DNA of 64,000 nucleotides from an uncultured delta proteobacterium (GTDB taxonomy: Bacteria; Desulfobacterota; Binatia; Binatales; Binataceae): the NCBI GenBank assembly GCA_963724765.1, contig CAVRVY010000001.1, positions 1,280,001-1,344,000 of the forward strand, in the 5' to 3' direction. The notes beneath the pieces are model-generated. The model searched no databases. It was given only the letters and a program-made list of their open reading frames with translations, and was not told the DNA's origin. Made by a program: the position numbers and the translations under genes. Below are positions 30,799 through 41,943 of this stretch, piece by piece (the stretch's first letter is position 1; each line of letters begins with the position of its first letter).

Positions 30799-32721
30799 AT
30801 GTCGCGCAAGATCTTTGCCGTGATCGTAATTCTGCTGCTGCTGGCGGCGGCGGGCCAAGCGCCTGCTCTGCTCGCGCAGACCGCGCCGATGCCGCCCACC
30901 GCACCGGTCCCGGCCTCCTCGGGTCTGGCCGTCGGCGTACCGAAACTGCCGCCCATCGCCACCCCGCGCAACCAGCAAGTCATCCCGGTGCCCGAGCAGT
31001 CCGCGCCCGATCTCAATACGCCCTCCAGCCAGACCGCGCCCTTCGAGCACGGCGCCTCCGTACTGTCGCTGCCGGGGACTTTTGCCAGCCAGGTGTCGCC
31101 CACCGAGCGGGTGGCGCCCGAGAGCATCATCAGCCAGTCCTATCTGGGCTCGCGCGATGATACGGTGCGCGGGCTCTCGCTCAAGCAGGCGATCTATATC
31201 GGGCTCGCGAACAATCCCAACGTGAAGGTCGCCGAGCTCGATCCGCTGGCCAGCGAGGAGGCGGTCGAGGTCGCCAACGGCGCGTTCGACCCGGCACTGA
31301 CCGGCGAGGGCGATATCATGAAGAGCGTGGTGCCCGTGACCTCGCCGTTCCAGGTCGCTGGCAGCCGCGCGTACACCAATAAGCTTTATGATTGGGACTT
31401 CGGACTCGACAAGGTCTCCGCACTGACCAACGGCACGTTCGGCATCACCTTCGACAACGAACGTGCACTTTCCAACTCGAGCTTCGCTTCGATCAACCCG
31501 TCATACACTCCGCAACTCGCGCTGTCGATATCGCAACCGCTGCTGCGCAACTTCGGTTGGAGCTTCGCCACCCTCGACGTGCGGATCGCCGAGTCCTCGC
31601 AAAAACAGTCGCAGTGGAACATGGAGCAGACCGTCGAGGACTTCGTGCTGCGGATTGGCACCGACTACTGGAACGTGGTGGAAGCCGAGGAGAATCTGCA
31701 GGTCGCCGAGTATGCGCTCCGGCTCAACAGTGACCTGGTACGCCAGAACCGGATTTCCTTGCAGGTCGGCACGCTGGCGCCAATCGATCTGCAGGAGGCT
31801 CAATCGGCCGAAGCCACTTCAGCGGCTAACGTCTATACCGCCCAGGCCGCGCAGCGGGCCGCGCGCGCGGCGCTGCGCCAGGACGTGATGATGAATCCGT
31901 CGTCGACTTTTGTGCCGCAAGAGATCGAGCCCACCGACAAGCCCAATCCAGCGCGCGAGATGAACCCCAATGAGGAAGTGGCGCTGGAGACCGCGATCCA
32001 GTACCGGCCCTCGCTGGAGGCGATGCGCGAGGGGATCCGCGCCGCGCTGATGCAGGTGAAGTATTCCGAGAACCAGACCCTGCCGCAACTCAACTTGGGT
32101 GCGCAGTTCGGTATCAACTCAACCGCCGGGACGACGCCCTGCATCCGCAATATCGCCGGACTCACGAGCGGTAACTGCGCGGTGACGCCGCTGATACCGC
32201 GCTCCGGCACCAAGCTGCCCTTCGGCGGAATCTACGGCGACGCGCTCAACCGCCTGTTCGGCTTCAGTTTCTACAACTATGCCGCGGTGCTGAACTTCGC
32301 GTATCCGATCGACAACGCCGCCGCGCGCTCCGTGCTCGCGCAGACCCGCGTGCAGTACGAGTCGCTCAGGATGCAATACCGGGCGTCGATCTCGACCGCG
32401 GTGGTTGCGGTGCAGACCGCGCTCGCCAACCTGGAGGCCGACCAGAAGCGCGTCCAGGCCACCCGCGAGGCGACCTACTATGCCGCCCAATCGCTGCACG
32501 ACGAGGAGATTCGCTTCAAGGTCGGGATGGCGACCACGCACGACCTGCTGCAGTTCCAGGAGCAGTTGATCTCGGCGCAGGGCAACCAGGTGCAGGCCGA
32601 GGTTGATCTCGAGGATGCGCGGCTTTCGCTCGAGCACGAGCAGGGCACGCTGCTGCGCGCCTTCCAAATCAGCTTCCAGCTCCAGGACCCGCATCGTTCG
32701 CACTGGTACTCGAAGTTCTAA
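30799..32721 (+). CDS. TolC family outer membrane protein
   Basis: Signal peptide, LSLKQAI..GL.NNP, QPLLRNFG, G.ATTHDLL; AAGGAGG RBS. Confidence 0.88.
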   Translation: MSRKIFAVIVILLLLAAAGQAPALLAQTAPMPPTAPVPASSGLAVGVPKLPPIATPRNQQVIPVPEQSAPDLNTPSSQTAPFEHGASVLSLPGTFASQVSPTERVAPESIISQSYLGSRDDTVRGLSLKQAIYIGLANNPNVKVAELDPLASEEAVEVANGAFDPALTGEGDIMKSVVPVTSPFQVAGSRAYTNKLYDWDFGLDKVSALTNGTFGITFDNERALSNSSFASINPSYTPQLALSISQPLLRNFGWSFATLDVRIAESSQKQSQWNMEQTVEDFVLRIGTDYWNVVEAEENLQVAEYALRLNSDLVRQNRISLQVGTLAPIDLQEAQSAEATSAANVYTAQAAQRAARAALRQDVMMNPSSTFVPQEIEPTDKPNPAREMNPNEEVALETAIQYRPSLEAMREGIRAALMQVKYSENQTLPQLNLGAQFGINSTAGTTPCIRNIAGLTSGNCAVTPLIPRSGTKLPFGGIYGDALNRLFGFSFYNYAAVLNFAYPIDNAAARSVLAQTRVQYESLRMQYRASISTAVVAVQTALANLEADQKRVQATREATYYAAQSLHDEEIRFKVGMATTHDLLQFQEQLISAQGNQVQAEVDLEDARLSLEHEQGTLLRAFQISFQLQDPHRSHWYSKF

Positions 32722-32743
32722 GCGCATCACAAGGAGACCGGTG

Positions 32744-33142
32744 ATGGAAAAGAAGTTTATCAATGCCGACACGATCCATACCCCGCGCGGCTACACTCAC
32801 GTCGTCGCGCTGCAGGGCGGCAGGATGCTGTTTGTCTCGGGCCAGGTGGCGATCGACAAGGACGGCCAGATAGTGGGGCGCGGCGACCTCAAGGCGCAGG
32901 CGCGCAAGGCGGCCGAAAACCTGATCGCGGCGCTCAAGGGCGCCGGCGCCTCGCTCGCCGACGTGGTCAAGATGAACACCTACGTGGTCAACTACAAGCA
33001 GGACGACTACCGTGCGATCGCCGACATGCGCCGCGAGTTCTTTCCCAAGGAGAACCCGCCCGCTTCGACGCTGGTCGGTGTGGCGGCGCTGGCGGTCGAG
33101 GGCTTGCTGATAGAAATCGAAGCCGTCGCCGCATTGCCTTAG
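32744..33142 (+). CDS. RidA/YjgF family protein
   Basis: GYTH, VSGQV, PPASTLVGV, LIEIEAVA. Confidence 0.92.
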   Translation: MEKKFINADTIHTPRGYTHVVALQGGRMLFVSGQVAIDKDGQIVGRGDLKAQARKAAENLIAALKGAGASLADVVKMNTYVVNYKQDDYRAIADMRREFFPKENPPASTLVGVAALAVEGLLIEIEAVAALP

Positions 33143-33252
33143 GCTTGCGTGCGCAAGCGCGCGTGCTACAGCGGATCAAGAGGCAGCGAGCCGACGCGCT
33201 CAGGCGTTCGAGGCGTCGCCGCCGGCGGCGCGAGGCGAGGGCCGCTCAAAAT

Positions 33253-36200
33253 TCAATCCTCCATCGGACGGTAGACGATCTCGAGCCGTTCGAGGAAGTT
33301 GATAAGGTTACGTCCCAGGCGCCGCGCCGCGTCGAAGTCGCTATCCTTGCCCGCCTGCTCGAGTTCGCGGCCGATGTCGGTAATCGCGTCGAGCCCATAG
33401 CTGCCGCCTTCGCCCTTCATCTTGTGGCCCAGCCGCGCGATCGCTTCGGGATCGCTGCGTTCCACCGCGGCCAGGATGGCGCGGGCATCTTCGCGTTTGC
33501 GGGTGAGGAAGCCTGGGACGAGGTCGCTTAAATCCTGATCGATCTGAACGACGATCGGCTGCCCGGCAGCGCTCCCGGTGTCATTGCTGTCCGCCTGCGC
33601 GGCGGATGGAGCGGCCTGCGAGGTCGGCTCGACCGCGTCGCGAATCGCTTCGAGCAGGGTCGAACGTTTCACCGGTTTGGTCACATGGGCGTCGCATCCC
33701 ATTTGCAAACTCCTCCGAATGGCTTCGTCGTGGGCCGAAGCGGTCAGTGCGATGATCGGCGTGGGGCGTCGATGGTCGCTCTGTTCGAGGCGGCGAATCT
33801 CGGCGGCCGCTTCGTAGCCGTCCATGACCGGCATCTGGATGTCCATCAAGACCGCGTCATAGTGTCCGGTCATGAACTTATGCACCGCGATCTCGCCGTT
33901 CTCGGCGTGGTCGAGCTGGTATGGAGTGCCCTTCAGATAGGCTTCGACCAGCAGCCGATTGTCGGGGGAGTCTTCTGCCAGCAGAATCTTAAGCGGCTTC
34001 TTGACCAGCATCGCGGCGCTGCGCGGCGCGACTTGTTGGATGAAGGTGTCGGGCCACGCGGCGTGACCGGCAGCGGCCGCCGCGTCCACGCCATTGCTGC
34101 ATGAGCGCTCGTCGGGGGCGCCGGCGCATGCGGCGGCGAGCGCCGCCCACAGGTCCGCGCGCCGCACGGGTTTGAGCAGATAGCGGCAGCGCTGGGCTTC
34201 CTCCAGGCCGCGCTTGCGTAACTGTCCGAGTTGCGAGCTGAGGTCGTCCGCCGTCAGCATCAGCACCAGCGCCTCGCGCGGCGCGTGCGCCGCGCTCATG
34301 ATCTGTTGCGCGATCGCGGTTCCGTTGGGCGCCGGCATCCGATTGTCGGCCACAACCGCGTCGTAGGGCCGTCCGGCCGCGCGCGCCCGCGCAAGCTCGG
34401 CTAACGCGCCGGCGCCGTCGGCGGCCACGAAGACCTCGGCGCCGGTGAGCGCCAGCAGTTCGGCCAGAATGGTGCGGCTGGCCGCTGAATCGTCCACCAC
34501 CAGCACTCGCTTCCCTGCCAGGCGAGCCATGGCGGCGGGTGCCGGCACTCGCGCCATAGCGGCGCTGGGGGGTTGAAGTTCGAGCGCAATGGTGAAGCTG
34601 AAGGCACTGCCCGCGCGCGGCCGGCTTTCGACCGTGATCTTTCCGTTCATCAGCTCGACCAGGCGTTTGACGATCGCCAGTCCGAGGCCGCTACCTCCGT
34701 ACTTGCGGCTGATCGTCGAATCGGCCTGGATGAAGTTCGAGAAGATCGTCCGCTGCTGATCGGCCGGGATACCGATGCCGGTGTCGCGGACCACGAAACG
34801 CAGCAGTTGGCGTTTGCCTAGTATGCCGGGGTCGACGGAGACGGCAGCTTCGGCGCCGTGCGGCGCGGTCGAGGTTTGGCCAGTCCTGGCTGCGTCGTCG
34901 GCCGCGTCGTCGGCTGCGTCGATGGTCAGCGTCACTTCGCCACGTTCGGTGAATTTAATCGCGTTGCCGAGCAGGTTGATCAGAATCTGTCGCAAGCGCA
35001 GCGGATCGCCGGTCAGCGCAGTGGGTAATGCGGGTGGGATGCGCAGTGCCAGTTCGAGGCCTTTTTCGTGCGCGCGCACGCCCAGCGTCTCCATCACGTC
35101 CTCGGCCAACTCGACCAGGTCAAAATCCGCGTGCTCCAGGATGAGCCGGCCGCTCTCAACCTTGGAGAGATCGAGGATGCCGTTTACGAGGTTGAGCAGC
35201 GAGGCACTGTTGTTGCGCATGGTGTCGAGATAGCGGCGCTGCTCGGCGCTGAGCGGAGTCTCCCACAGCAGATCGGCCATCCCGAGGATCGCGTTCATCG
35301 GCGTGCGGATTTCGTGTGACATGACGGAGAGGAAATGCGACTTGGCCTCGGAGGCCGCGAGCGCCGCTTCGCGCGCGGCGATCAATTGCTGTTCGATCTG
35401 CTTGAGCCCGCTAACATTGCGGGAAGCCGCCACTATGCAGCGCTCTCCCTCCAACTCGATCACTGAGGCCGACACGAGATAGTCCGCCAGGCGGCCGTCC
35501 TTCATACGAAAGGTGCACTCGAAGTCGCGTGTACTGCCGGCTTTGAGCCGCCGCAGGTACTCTCTGAGCTGCTCGCGGTAAGGCCAAATCCCGATCTCCG
35601 ACGGGCTGCGCCCGAGCACCTCTTCGCGGGTGTAGCCGATCACGTCGCAGAAGCCCTGGTTGACGTCGAGATAACGGCCGTCGCTCACGCGATTGACGCA
35701 GATGGCTTCGCCGCTTGCCTCCAGCACCTGGCGCAGCTTGGTCTCGCTGCTGGTCAGTCTGCGCTTGCTCGCTTCAAGCTCGCGCACCTGATCAGAGAGC
35801 TTCTGCTGGGTAGCCCTGAGTTCGTCCTCGGTCTGTTTGAGCGGGCTGATGTCGTGGACGATCGCGATGACGCAGGGTTCGCCGGCGACATTGACCACGG
35901 TGGCCGAAAATAGGTGGGGGATGAGACGGCCGTCCCTGGCGCGTACATTTATTTCGAAGTTGCGCGCAAAGCCGTCGATACGTAGTCGCTCGAGCATCTC
36001 GCGTATCCGCGACCGGTTGCTAAAAGCCTTGAGCTGCGCGCCGGTCGCGGCCAGCACTTCCTCTCGGCTGTAGCCCGTGAGGCGCAAATACTCGTCATTG
36101 ACGGCGATGAAGCGCCCGTCGCTCAGGCGGTTGATTGAGATCGAGTCGAGGCTGGTCTCGAAGATCTTGCGCAACGTCGCCTCGCTCTCTGCCAGGCGCT

Positions 36201-37863
36201 CTTGCGCTAGCGTGCGCTCGGCGATTTCGCTGCGCAGCCGGCGCTCGCTCGTTTCCAACTCGCGCACTTCGGCCGCGAGCGCCTCGCGCGCAGCGCGCAA
36301 CTCCCGCTCGGTTCGTTTGAGCTCGCCAACGTCGCGCGTAGCGGCAACAATGCAGGTTTCTCCGTCCAGCTTTATAAGTGAGGCGGAAACCAGATGTTCG
36401 ACCACGCGGCCGTCCTTCATGTGGAAGCTGCATTGGAGGTTTCGCGCCCGCCCGTCTCTCTTGAGCAGGCGCAACAGGTGCTTGAGCTGATCCGGGTAGA
36501 TCCATAGGCCAATCTCCATCGCGCTGCGTCCGATTGCCTCCGCGCGCGTATAGCCGGTCAGGTCACAAAAGGCCTGGTTGACGTCAAGATAGTGGCCGTC
36601 CTTGAGGCGGCTGATGGTAATGATGTCGCCAGTGGCCTCGAGCACCTTGAACAGCTTGTTCTCGCTGCTGACAAGCTGGCGGCGGTTTTCTTCCAGCTTG
36701 CGCAGTTCGACCGCGAGCGCCTCGCGCGCCTCAGTCAGCTCGTGCTGAGTCCTCTTGAGCTCGGTGATATCGCGCGCAATCGAGATCACGCACTGCTCGC
36801 CGCCAAGCTCGACCATGGTCGCCGAAACCAGGCTCGGCACCAGCCGGCCATCCTTGTTGCGCAACTCGGTCTCGAAATTGCGCACGGTGCCGTACGTGCG
36901 CAGGTCGCGCGTCAGCGCGCGGAGCTGCGGGCGGGACCAGCGGCCCACCTTAATGGCCGAAACGCCGAGGACTTCTTCGCGGGTGTAGCCGGTCTTGAGG
37001 AATTCGCGGTTGACCTCGAGCATCGCGCCGTCGAACATGCGGGTGATCGCGATGTTGTCAGGGGCGGCGTCGAAGACCTTGCGCAGCATCTCCTCGCCCT
37101 CGCGCAGGCGGCGCTCGGCCACCTCGCGCTGGGCCATGATCGTCGCGCTCTGCGCGAGCGCGTCGGCCAGATCCTGGCGGCTGGCGCGCAAACTATCCAT
37201 CCATGTGACCAGTTCAGCCTGGTACCGCTCGCGCATCACCAGAATAAAATGACCCAGGGCGGCCGCCATCAGCACGCCAATCCATCGGTACGCGACTTCG
37301 GAATCGAACGACACAGTCGCCAAGGCCGAAACCCCCATCGTGGCTAATCCGGCCAAGCTGAGCGGCAACTGCCAACCTGTCGACCACGGCAATAGCGCCC
37401 CTGTGCCGATGAGTGTTAGCACCATGGTGATTAACAGCGGCTCGGCGCCGCCGGTGCGCAGGCGCAACACCAACGTCAGGCCATAGATGGCGAGCAGAGT
37501 CGCAAAGCAGACCGGCCGCCAGTGGCGCTCGAACCACTTTGACGTAGTGAGCGCCACAAGGAGCAGCGTGATGCCTACAGCGCCGGCGTGCGGCGCCATA
37601 GTCGCCGGCGTCAGCGGCGAAGATATGTAGCTATCGAGGATGAAATATATGATCTCGAAACCGGCTAACAAGGCTGCGCCCGCGCGAAGAGAACGCAGGT
37701 TCCAGCCCCGAATCATTTTGCAGGGATCGTGGGCCGCGGTCAGACCTCCGTGCTCGCGCGACGCCTGTTCCGCGGCGGACGCCGGCGCCGCAGAGAGTGG
37801 CGAATCGGCCGGCATCCGCGCGTCAACGATGGGGTCCGTCGGCTCGGGTTTCCTGACCGCCAT
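33253..37863 (-). CDS. Membrane hybrid sensor histidine kinase (4 PAS, HisKA, HATPase, 2 REC, Hpt)
   Basis: [48 protein letters not shown]. Confidence 0.93.
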   Translation of the reverse strand: MAVRKPEPTDPIVDARMPADSPLSAAPASAAEQASREHGGLTAAHDPCKMIRGWNLRSLRAGAALLAGFEIIYFILDSYISSPLTPATMAPHAGAVGITLLLVALTTSKWFERHWRPVCFATLLAIYGLTLVLRLRTGGAEPLLITMVLTLIGTGALLPWSTGWQLPLSLAGLATMGVSALATVSFDSEVAYRWIGVLMAAALGHFILVMRERYQAELVTWMDSLRASRQDLADALAQSATIMAQREVAERRLREGEEMLRKVFDAAPDNIAITRMFDGAMLEVNREFLKTGYTREEVLGVSAIKVGRWSRPQLRALTRDLRTYGTVRNFETELRNKDGRLVPSLVSATMVELGGEQCVISIARDITELKRTQHELTEAREALAVELRKLEENRRQLVSSENKLFKVLEATGDIITISRLKDGHYLDVNQAFCDLTGYTRAEAIGRSAMEIGLWIYPDQLKHLLRLLKRDGRARNLQCSFHMKDGRVVEHLVSASLIKLDGETCIVAATRDVGELKRTERELRAAREALAAEVRELETSERRLRSEIAERTLAQERLAESEATLRKIFETSLDSISINRLSDGRFIAVNDEYLRLTGYSREEVLAATGAQLKAFSNRSRIREMLERLRIDGFARNFEINVRARDGRLIPHLFSATVVNVAGEPCVIAIVHDISPLKQTEDELRATQQKLSDQVRELEASKRRLTSSETKLRQVLEASGEAICVNRVSDGRYLDVNQGFCDVIGYTREEVLGRSPSEIGIWPYREQLREYLRRLKAGSTRDFECTFRMKDGRLADYLVSASVIELEGERCIVAASRNVSGLKQIEQQLIAAREAALAASEAKSHFLSVMSHEIRTPMNAILGMADLLWETPLSAEQRRYLDTMRNNSASLLNLVNGILDLSKVESGRLILEHADFDLVELAEDVMETLGVRAHEKGLELALRIPPALPTALTGDPLRLRQILINLLGNAIKFTERGEVTLTIDAADDAADDAARTGQTSTAPHGAEAAVSVDPGILGKRQLLRFVVRDTGIGIPADQQRTIFSNFIQADSTISRKYGGSGLGLAIVKRLVELMNGKITVESRPRAGSAFSFTIALELQPPSAAMARVPAPAAMARLAGKRVLVVDDSAASRTILAELLALTGAEVFVAADGAGALAELARARAAGRPYDAVVADNRMPAPNGTAIAQQIMSAAHAPREALVLMLTADDLSSQLGQLRKRGLEEAQRCRYLLKPVRRADLWAALAAACAGAPDERSCSNGVDAAAAAGHAAWPDTFIQQVAPRSAAMLVKKPLKILLAEDSPDNRLLVEAYLKGTPYQLDHAENGEIAVHKFMTGHYDAVLMDIQMPVMDGYEAAAEIRRLEQSDHRRPTPIIALTASAHDEAIRRSLQMGCDAHVTKPVKRSTLLEAIRDAVEPTSQAAPSAAQADSNDTGSAAGQPIVVQIDQDLSDLVPGFLTRKREDARAILAAVERSDPEAIARLGHKMKGEGGSYGLDAITDIGRELEQAGKDSDFDAARRLGRNLINFLERLEIVYRPMED

Positions 37864-38166
37864 CGACTATGCACCCAAGCTCGTAGTCAATTGCTCCCCC
37901 CAAAGGCTAGAGCCTCATTTATAGTAGCAATTCGTAATAACAAGCGCGATTCTTTCCTTATCCGGCTTAAGCTGTGCAGTCAGTCACCCGCCTGTGAGGG
38001 CCGGCGACCCATGCTCGAACTAGCCAGCCATTGTGGATCAAAACTGCGACATCGAGAACTGCGACTGCCTCGGAATGGAGACAACGGTGGCGTTACCCCC
38101 CACTTCCTCATTGGAGAGCATAAAGCGCGCCGCGGCAGAGGAGCGTAGCGACGGGAACCACAGCAC

Positions 38167-39339
38167 TCAGCAGGCGGCGAGCGAGCGCGTAAAGTCCTCG
38201 ACCAGATCCTCGGTCGCCTCGAGCCCCACTGAGAATCGAATCAGGCCCTCCGCGATTCCCGCGCCGGCGCGCTCGTCGGGCGTCATCCCGGAATGTGAGG
38301 TCGTCGCCGGCCGCGTGATCAGACTCTCGACTCCGCCCAGGCTGGGCGCTGAGATGGGCAGCGTCACGTGGCTGATAAAACTGTCGGCTGCGGCCACGCC
38401 ACCTTCCAACTCGAAGCTCAGCATCCCGCCGAACCCGTCGAGCAGCTCGCAGGCGCGCAAATGGTCGGGGCTGCTCTCGAGTCCGGGGTAATTGACCTGC
38501 CGGACCTTGGGATGGGCTTCCAGAAAGCGCGCGATCTTTAGCGCACTCTCATTCTGATAGCGGACCCGCACGGCCAGCGTCTTCATCCCGCGATGCAGCA
38601 GGAAGCAGGCGTGCGGATCGAGTACGCCACCCAAATGGTTGAGCTTGTGCGCCACCTTCCGCACCAGGCTGGCGCGCCCGATCACCGCGCCGGCCACGAT
38701 GTCGGAGTGACCATTCAAATACTTGGTGCAACTGTGCAAGGACAGATCGAAGCCGGCCTCGGAGGGGCGGAAGTTCACCGGACTCGCGAAGGTGTTGTCG
38801 ATGATCGACACCAGCCCATGCGCCGCGGCGAATTCGACCACCGCGCGCAGATCGGCCACGCCCATCAGCGGGTTGGATACCGTCTCGACGTAGATCGCGC
38901 GGGTGCGCTCAGTGAGTTGTTCGCGCCACGCGGCCGGATCGTTGGGGTCGATGAAATCCGTGCTTATCTCCAGTGCCGGCAGGTCGGTCGTCAGCAGGTC
39001 ATGAGTCCCGCCATACAGGCAATTCTGCGCCAACAGATGGTCGCCCGCACCGAGTAGCGCGAGCAGGGTGGCCGAAATCGCCGCCATCCCGCTCCCCGCT
39101 ACCAGTGCCGCCTCGGCGTTCTCGAGTGCGGCGAGCTTGCGATGGAGGACCTCGTGATTGGGCGTGTTGCTCAGCCGGATGTAGCGGAGGTCGTGATAGT
39201 TTTCCTCGCCGCGATAGGCGAAGGTCGCCGATTGGAAAATCGGCATCGCCACTGCGCCGCCGATGAGCGGCTCGGGCTCGCCGGCATGGATGAGCTTCGT
39301 TTCAATCGCCCGGATAACTTTCGAGGTGACCTTCGTCAT
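38167..39339 (-). CDS. Cys/Met metabolism PLP enzyme (cystathionine gamma-synthase/lyase family)
   Basis: YIR..N, SGMAAI, DNTFASP, HSCTKYLNGHSD, SLGGVES. Confidence 0.92.
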   Translation of the reverse strand: MTKVTSKVIRAIETKLIHAGEPEPLIGGAVAMPIFQSATFAYRGEENYHDLRYIRLSNTPNHEVLHRKLAALENAEAALVAGSGMAAISATLLALLGAGDHLLAQNCLYGGTHDLLTTDLPALEISTDFIDPNDPAAWREQLTERTRAIYVETVSNPLMGVADLRAVVEFAAAHGLVSIIDNTFASPVNFRPSEAGFDLSLHSCTKYLNGHSDIVAGAVIGRASLVRKVAHKLNHLGGVLDPHACFLLHRGMKTLAVRVRYQNESALKIARFLEAHPKVRQVNYPGLESSPDHLRACELLDGFGGMLSFELEGGVAAADSFISHVTLPISAPSLGGVESLITRPATTSHSGMTPDERAGAGIAEGLIRFSVGLEATEDLVEDFTRSLAAC

Positions 39340-39553
39340 GGCGTTTCCTCCATCGGCATTGCCGAATGCCGCCGCTGCTGTGAGGTCGCCTGTTGCGCCC
39401 AGCGAACCCCCTTGCAAGAGGGATTTTTAGCACATCGCAATCCGCGCTTTCACACCGCCTGTCGTTCGCCTTTCGCACCGCGTCCGGCGCAGCTAAGCTG
39501 AACGCTCGCGGATGCGCGCGTATGCGTATGGCTGTGGCAGGGAGCGCAACGAA

Positions 39554-40663
39554 TTGAAGGCGATCATCATTGGCGGCGGTATCATCGGATGCTCGGTGGC
39601 ATGGCGGCTGGCCGCCGAGGGCGTCGCCACCACCGTGCTCGAGCGCGGCCGGGTCGGCCAGGAAGCGTCGTGGGCCGCGGCCGGTATGATCGCGCCGCAG
39701 GCCGAAGCTGATGGCCCCGGCCCGTTTTTCGATTTTTGCATCAAGGCGCGCGACGCCTTCGAGGCGATCGTCGATCGCCTGGTGCGCGATAGCGGCGTCG
39801 ATCCCGAGTACGACGCCGCCGGAATTCTCTACGTCGCGCTGGACGCGGACGAGCGCGTCCAACTCGAGCGGCGCGCCAGGTGGCAGCGGACCGTCGGCGC
39901 TCCGATGGAGGAATTGAGCGGCGCCCAGGCGCGCCGGCTCGAACCGATGCTCTCGCCGGAAGCAATTTACGCCATCCACATGCCGACCAACCGGCGCACC
40001 GATAATCGCAAGCTCACCCAGGCCTACGCCGCCGCCGCGCGCAAGGCCGGCGCCGAATTCGTCGAAGGCGCGCGGGTCGAAGCACTGGCGCTTCGCGGCC
40101 AACACGCGACCGGCGTCGTGATGGATGACGGCTCGACGCGCGAGGCCGACGTCGTGGTCAACGCAGCCGGGTCGTGGGCCGGTGAAATTCGCGGCCTGGA
40201 GGCCGACCGCGTGAAGCTCCATCCCGTGCGCGGCCAGATCCTATGCTTCGAGGTCGCGCCCGGAACTATCGGCCCCGCGCTGTTCTCGTTGCGCGGCTAC
40301 CTGGTGCCGCGGCGCGACGGCCGGTTGCTCGTGGGCTCGACCATGGAGGAGGCCGGCTATAACAAGATCGTCACGCTGGCGGGGCTGGACAAGATCGCGC
40401 GCGGCGCGGCCGCGATCGTTCCCGCGCTCGGCGCCGCCCCATTTCGCGAGGCCTGGGCCGGCCTGCGTCCCGCCACTGGCGACCTGCTGCCTGTGCTCGG
40501 CTTCTCGCCCAGCGTATCCAACGTGTTGTGGGCCGCCGGCCATTTTCGCAGCGGTATTCTGCTCTCCGCAATCACCGGCGAGATCATCGCCGATTTGGTC
40601 AAGGGCCGCCGCCCTAAAGTAGAATTGGGCGCGTTTTCCGCCGCGCGTTTCAGGGAGCCATAA
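39554..40663 (+). CDS. thiO: Glycine oxidase
   Basis: IIGGGIIG, ASWAAAGMI, PVRGQ, WAGLRP, GHFRSGILL; TTG start after GGGAG. Confidence 0.85.
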   Translation: MKAIIIGGGIIGCSVAWRLAAEGVATTVLERGRVGQEASWAAAGMIAPQAEADGPGPFFDFCIKARDAFEAIVDRLVRDSGVDPEYDAAGILYVALDADERVQLERRARWQRTVGAPMEELSGAQARRLEPMLSPEAIYAIHMPTNRRTDNRKLTQAYAAAARKAGAEFVEGARVEALALRGQHATGVVMDDGSTREADVVVNAAGSWAGEIRGLEADRVKLHPVRGQILCFEVAPGTIGPALFSLRGYLVPRRDGRLLVGSTMEEAGYNKIVTLAGLDKIARGAAAIVPALGAAPFREAWAGLRPATGDLLPVLGFSPSVSNVLWAAGHFRSGILLSAITGEIIADLVKGRRPKVELGAFSAARFREP

Positions 40664-40666
40664 CCT

Positions 40667-41014
40667 ATGAGTCGAATCCTCGGCCTGATGCACGATCTGT
40701 TTTTCCGCTCCAAGGTGGACGCGGTGTCCCACGCCGTGGGTATCGAAGTTGTGTACGCGAGTTCCTTGGATGAGGCCAACGCGCGATGTGCCGAAGAGGC
40801 GCCGGCCATGATTTTCGTCGACCTTGCCGATCCGCTGTTTCCCGCGGTCGAGACCGCCGGCGCGATGCGCGTCGCGGCGCCCGCCGCACGGCTTATCGGT
40901 TTCGCCTCGCACGTCGACCTCAAGGCGCTGGGCGCGGCGCGCGAGGCGGGATTCGAGATGACGCTCTCGCGCAGCGATTTCACCCAGCGCCTGCCCGACC
41001 TACTGAAGTCGTAA
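40667..41014 (+). CDS. Atypical stand-alone receiver-domain protein
   Basis: CheY-like alternation with DLFF, FVDL, GFASHV; canonical KP absent. Confidence 0.6.
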   Translation: MSRILGLMHDLFFRSKVDAVSHAVGIEVVYASSLDEANARCAEEAPAMIFVDLADPLFPAVETAGAMRVAAPAARLIGFASHVDLKALGAAREAGFEMTLSRSDFTQRLPDLLKS

Positions 41015-41103
41015 GCGCCGCGCATTCCCTCGGCCATCCGGGATCGTCGCGATAACGTAGGTAGGGAGCGCAGCGGGTGAGCCGCGATGGTTGAAATCAG
41101 TTG

Positions 41104-41760
41104 ATGAAATCGACCGTCAGATGGACGTTCATCCTCGCGGGCACTGCTGCCTATTTTGCCGTGGCCGTCATCGGCCGGGGCGGGCTTGCAGCCTTCTTCT
41201 CCCATCCGCCGCTAACCGCGCTCGCGATCGCACTTTTCGCAGTCTCCGGCATCGCGCTTTTCGCCGGCGGAAATGTGAGCCCGGGTGTGCGCGAGGATCG
41301 TGGCAACCGTTGGGTCCTCGTAGCTTTTGGAGTGCTCGGGCTGCTGGACGCCTATCTGCCGGCCTACACGGACCGTATCGAATTCTGGACTATCGATGGC
41401 GACACCATTCGATGGGTTGGCGTCGTTCTCTTCACTGCCGGCGGCTTGCTGCGGCTCTGGCCGGTCTTCGTGCTAGGCCCCCGCTTCAGCGGGCTGGTCG
41501 CGATCCAGCCCGGGCATACGCTGGTCACCGACGGTGTCTACAGTGTCATCCGTCATCCCAGCTACCTGGGGTTGTTCGTCAACTCGCTGGGGTGGGGCCT
41601 GGCTTTTCGTTCGGGGGTCGGCGTGCTGCTGACGGCGCTCACGATGCTGCCGCTCCTCGCGCGCATCCGGGCGGAAGAGCGGTTGCTGCGCACGCAGTTT
41701 GACGGCGAGTACGATGCATACTGCGCCCGTACGTCACGGCTCATTCCCGGGATCTATTAG
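41104..41760 (+). CDS. Isoprenylcysteine carboxyl methyltransferase family membrane protein
   Basis: H.LVTDGVY..IRHPSYLG, RI..EE..L, Y..Y...T.RLIP. Confidence 0.9.
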   Translation: MKSTVRWTFILAGTAAYFAVAVIGRGGLAAFFSHPPLTALAIALFAVSGIALFAGGNVSPGVREDRGNRWVLVAFGVLGLLDAYLPAYTDRIEFWTIDGDTIRWVGVVLFTAGGLLRLWPVFVLGPRFSGLVAIQPGHTLVTDGVYSVIRHPSYLGLFVNSLGWGLAFRSGVGVLLTALTMLPLLARIRAEERLLRTQFDGEYDAYCARTSRLIPGIY

Positions 41761-41943
41761 TACTCTTTATTTTCTGACGTCCTATGTCTTGGGGGAAGAA
41801 TGATGGAGGGCGAGCGAGGGAACCGCCGGATATCGTTCCTTCGCTGCGGCGAGAGTCTCATCGCGAATCTCTTCTCTCGGGCGGCGTCCAGGAGTATCGA
41901 TTTTTACCGGCGCGCGGCGATCCTATAAGCTGTAGTTTCGACG

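Noticed and set aside
38033-38491. ORF starting with CDIENCDC
   Set aside because: Mostly antisense to the PLP enzyme gene, with no RBS or family motif
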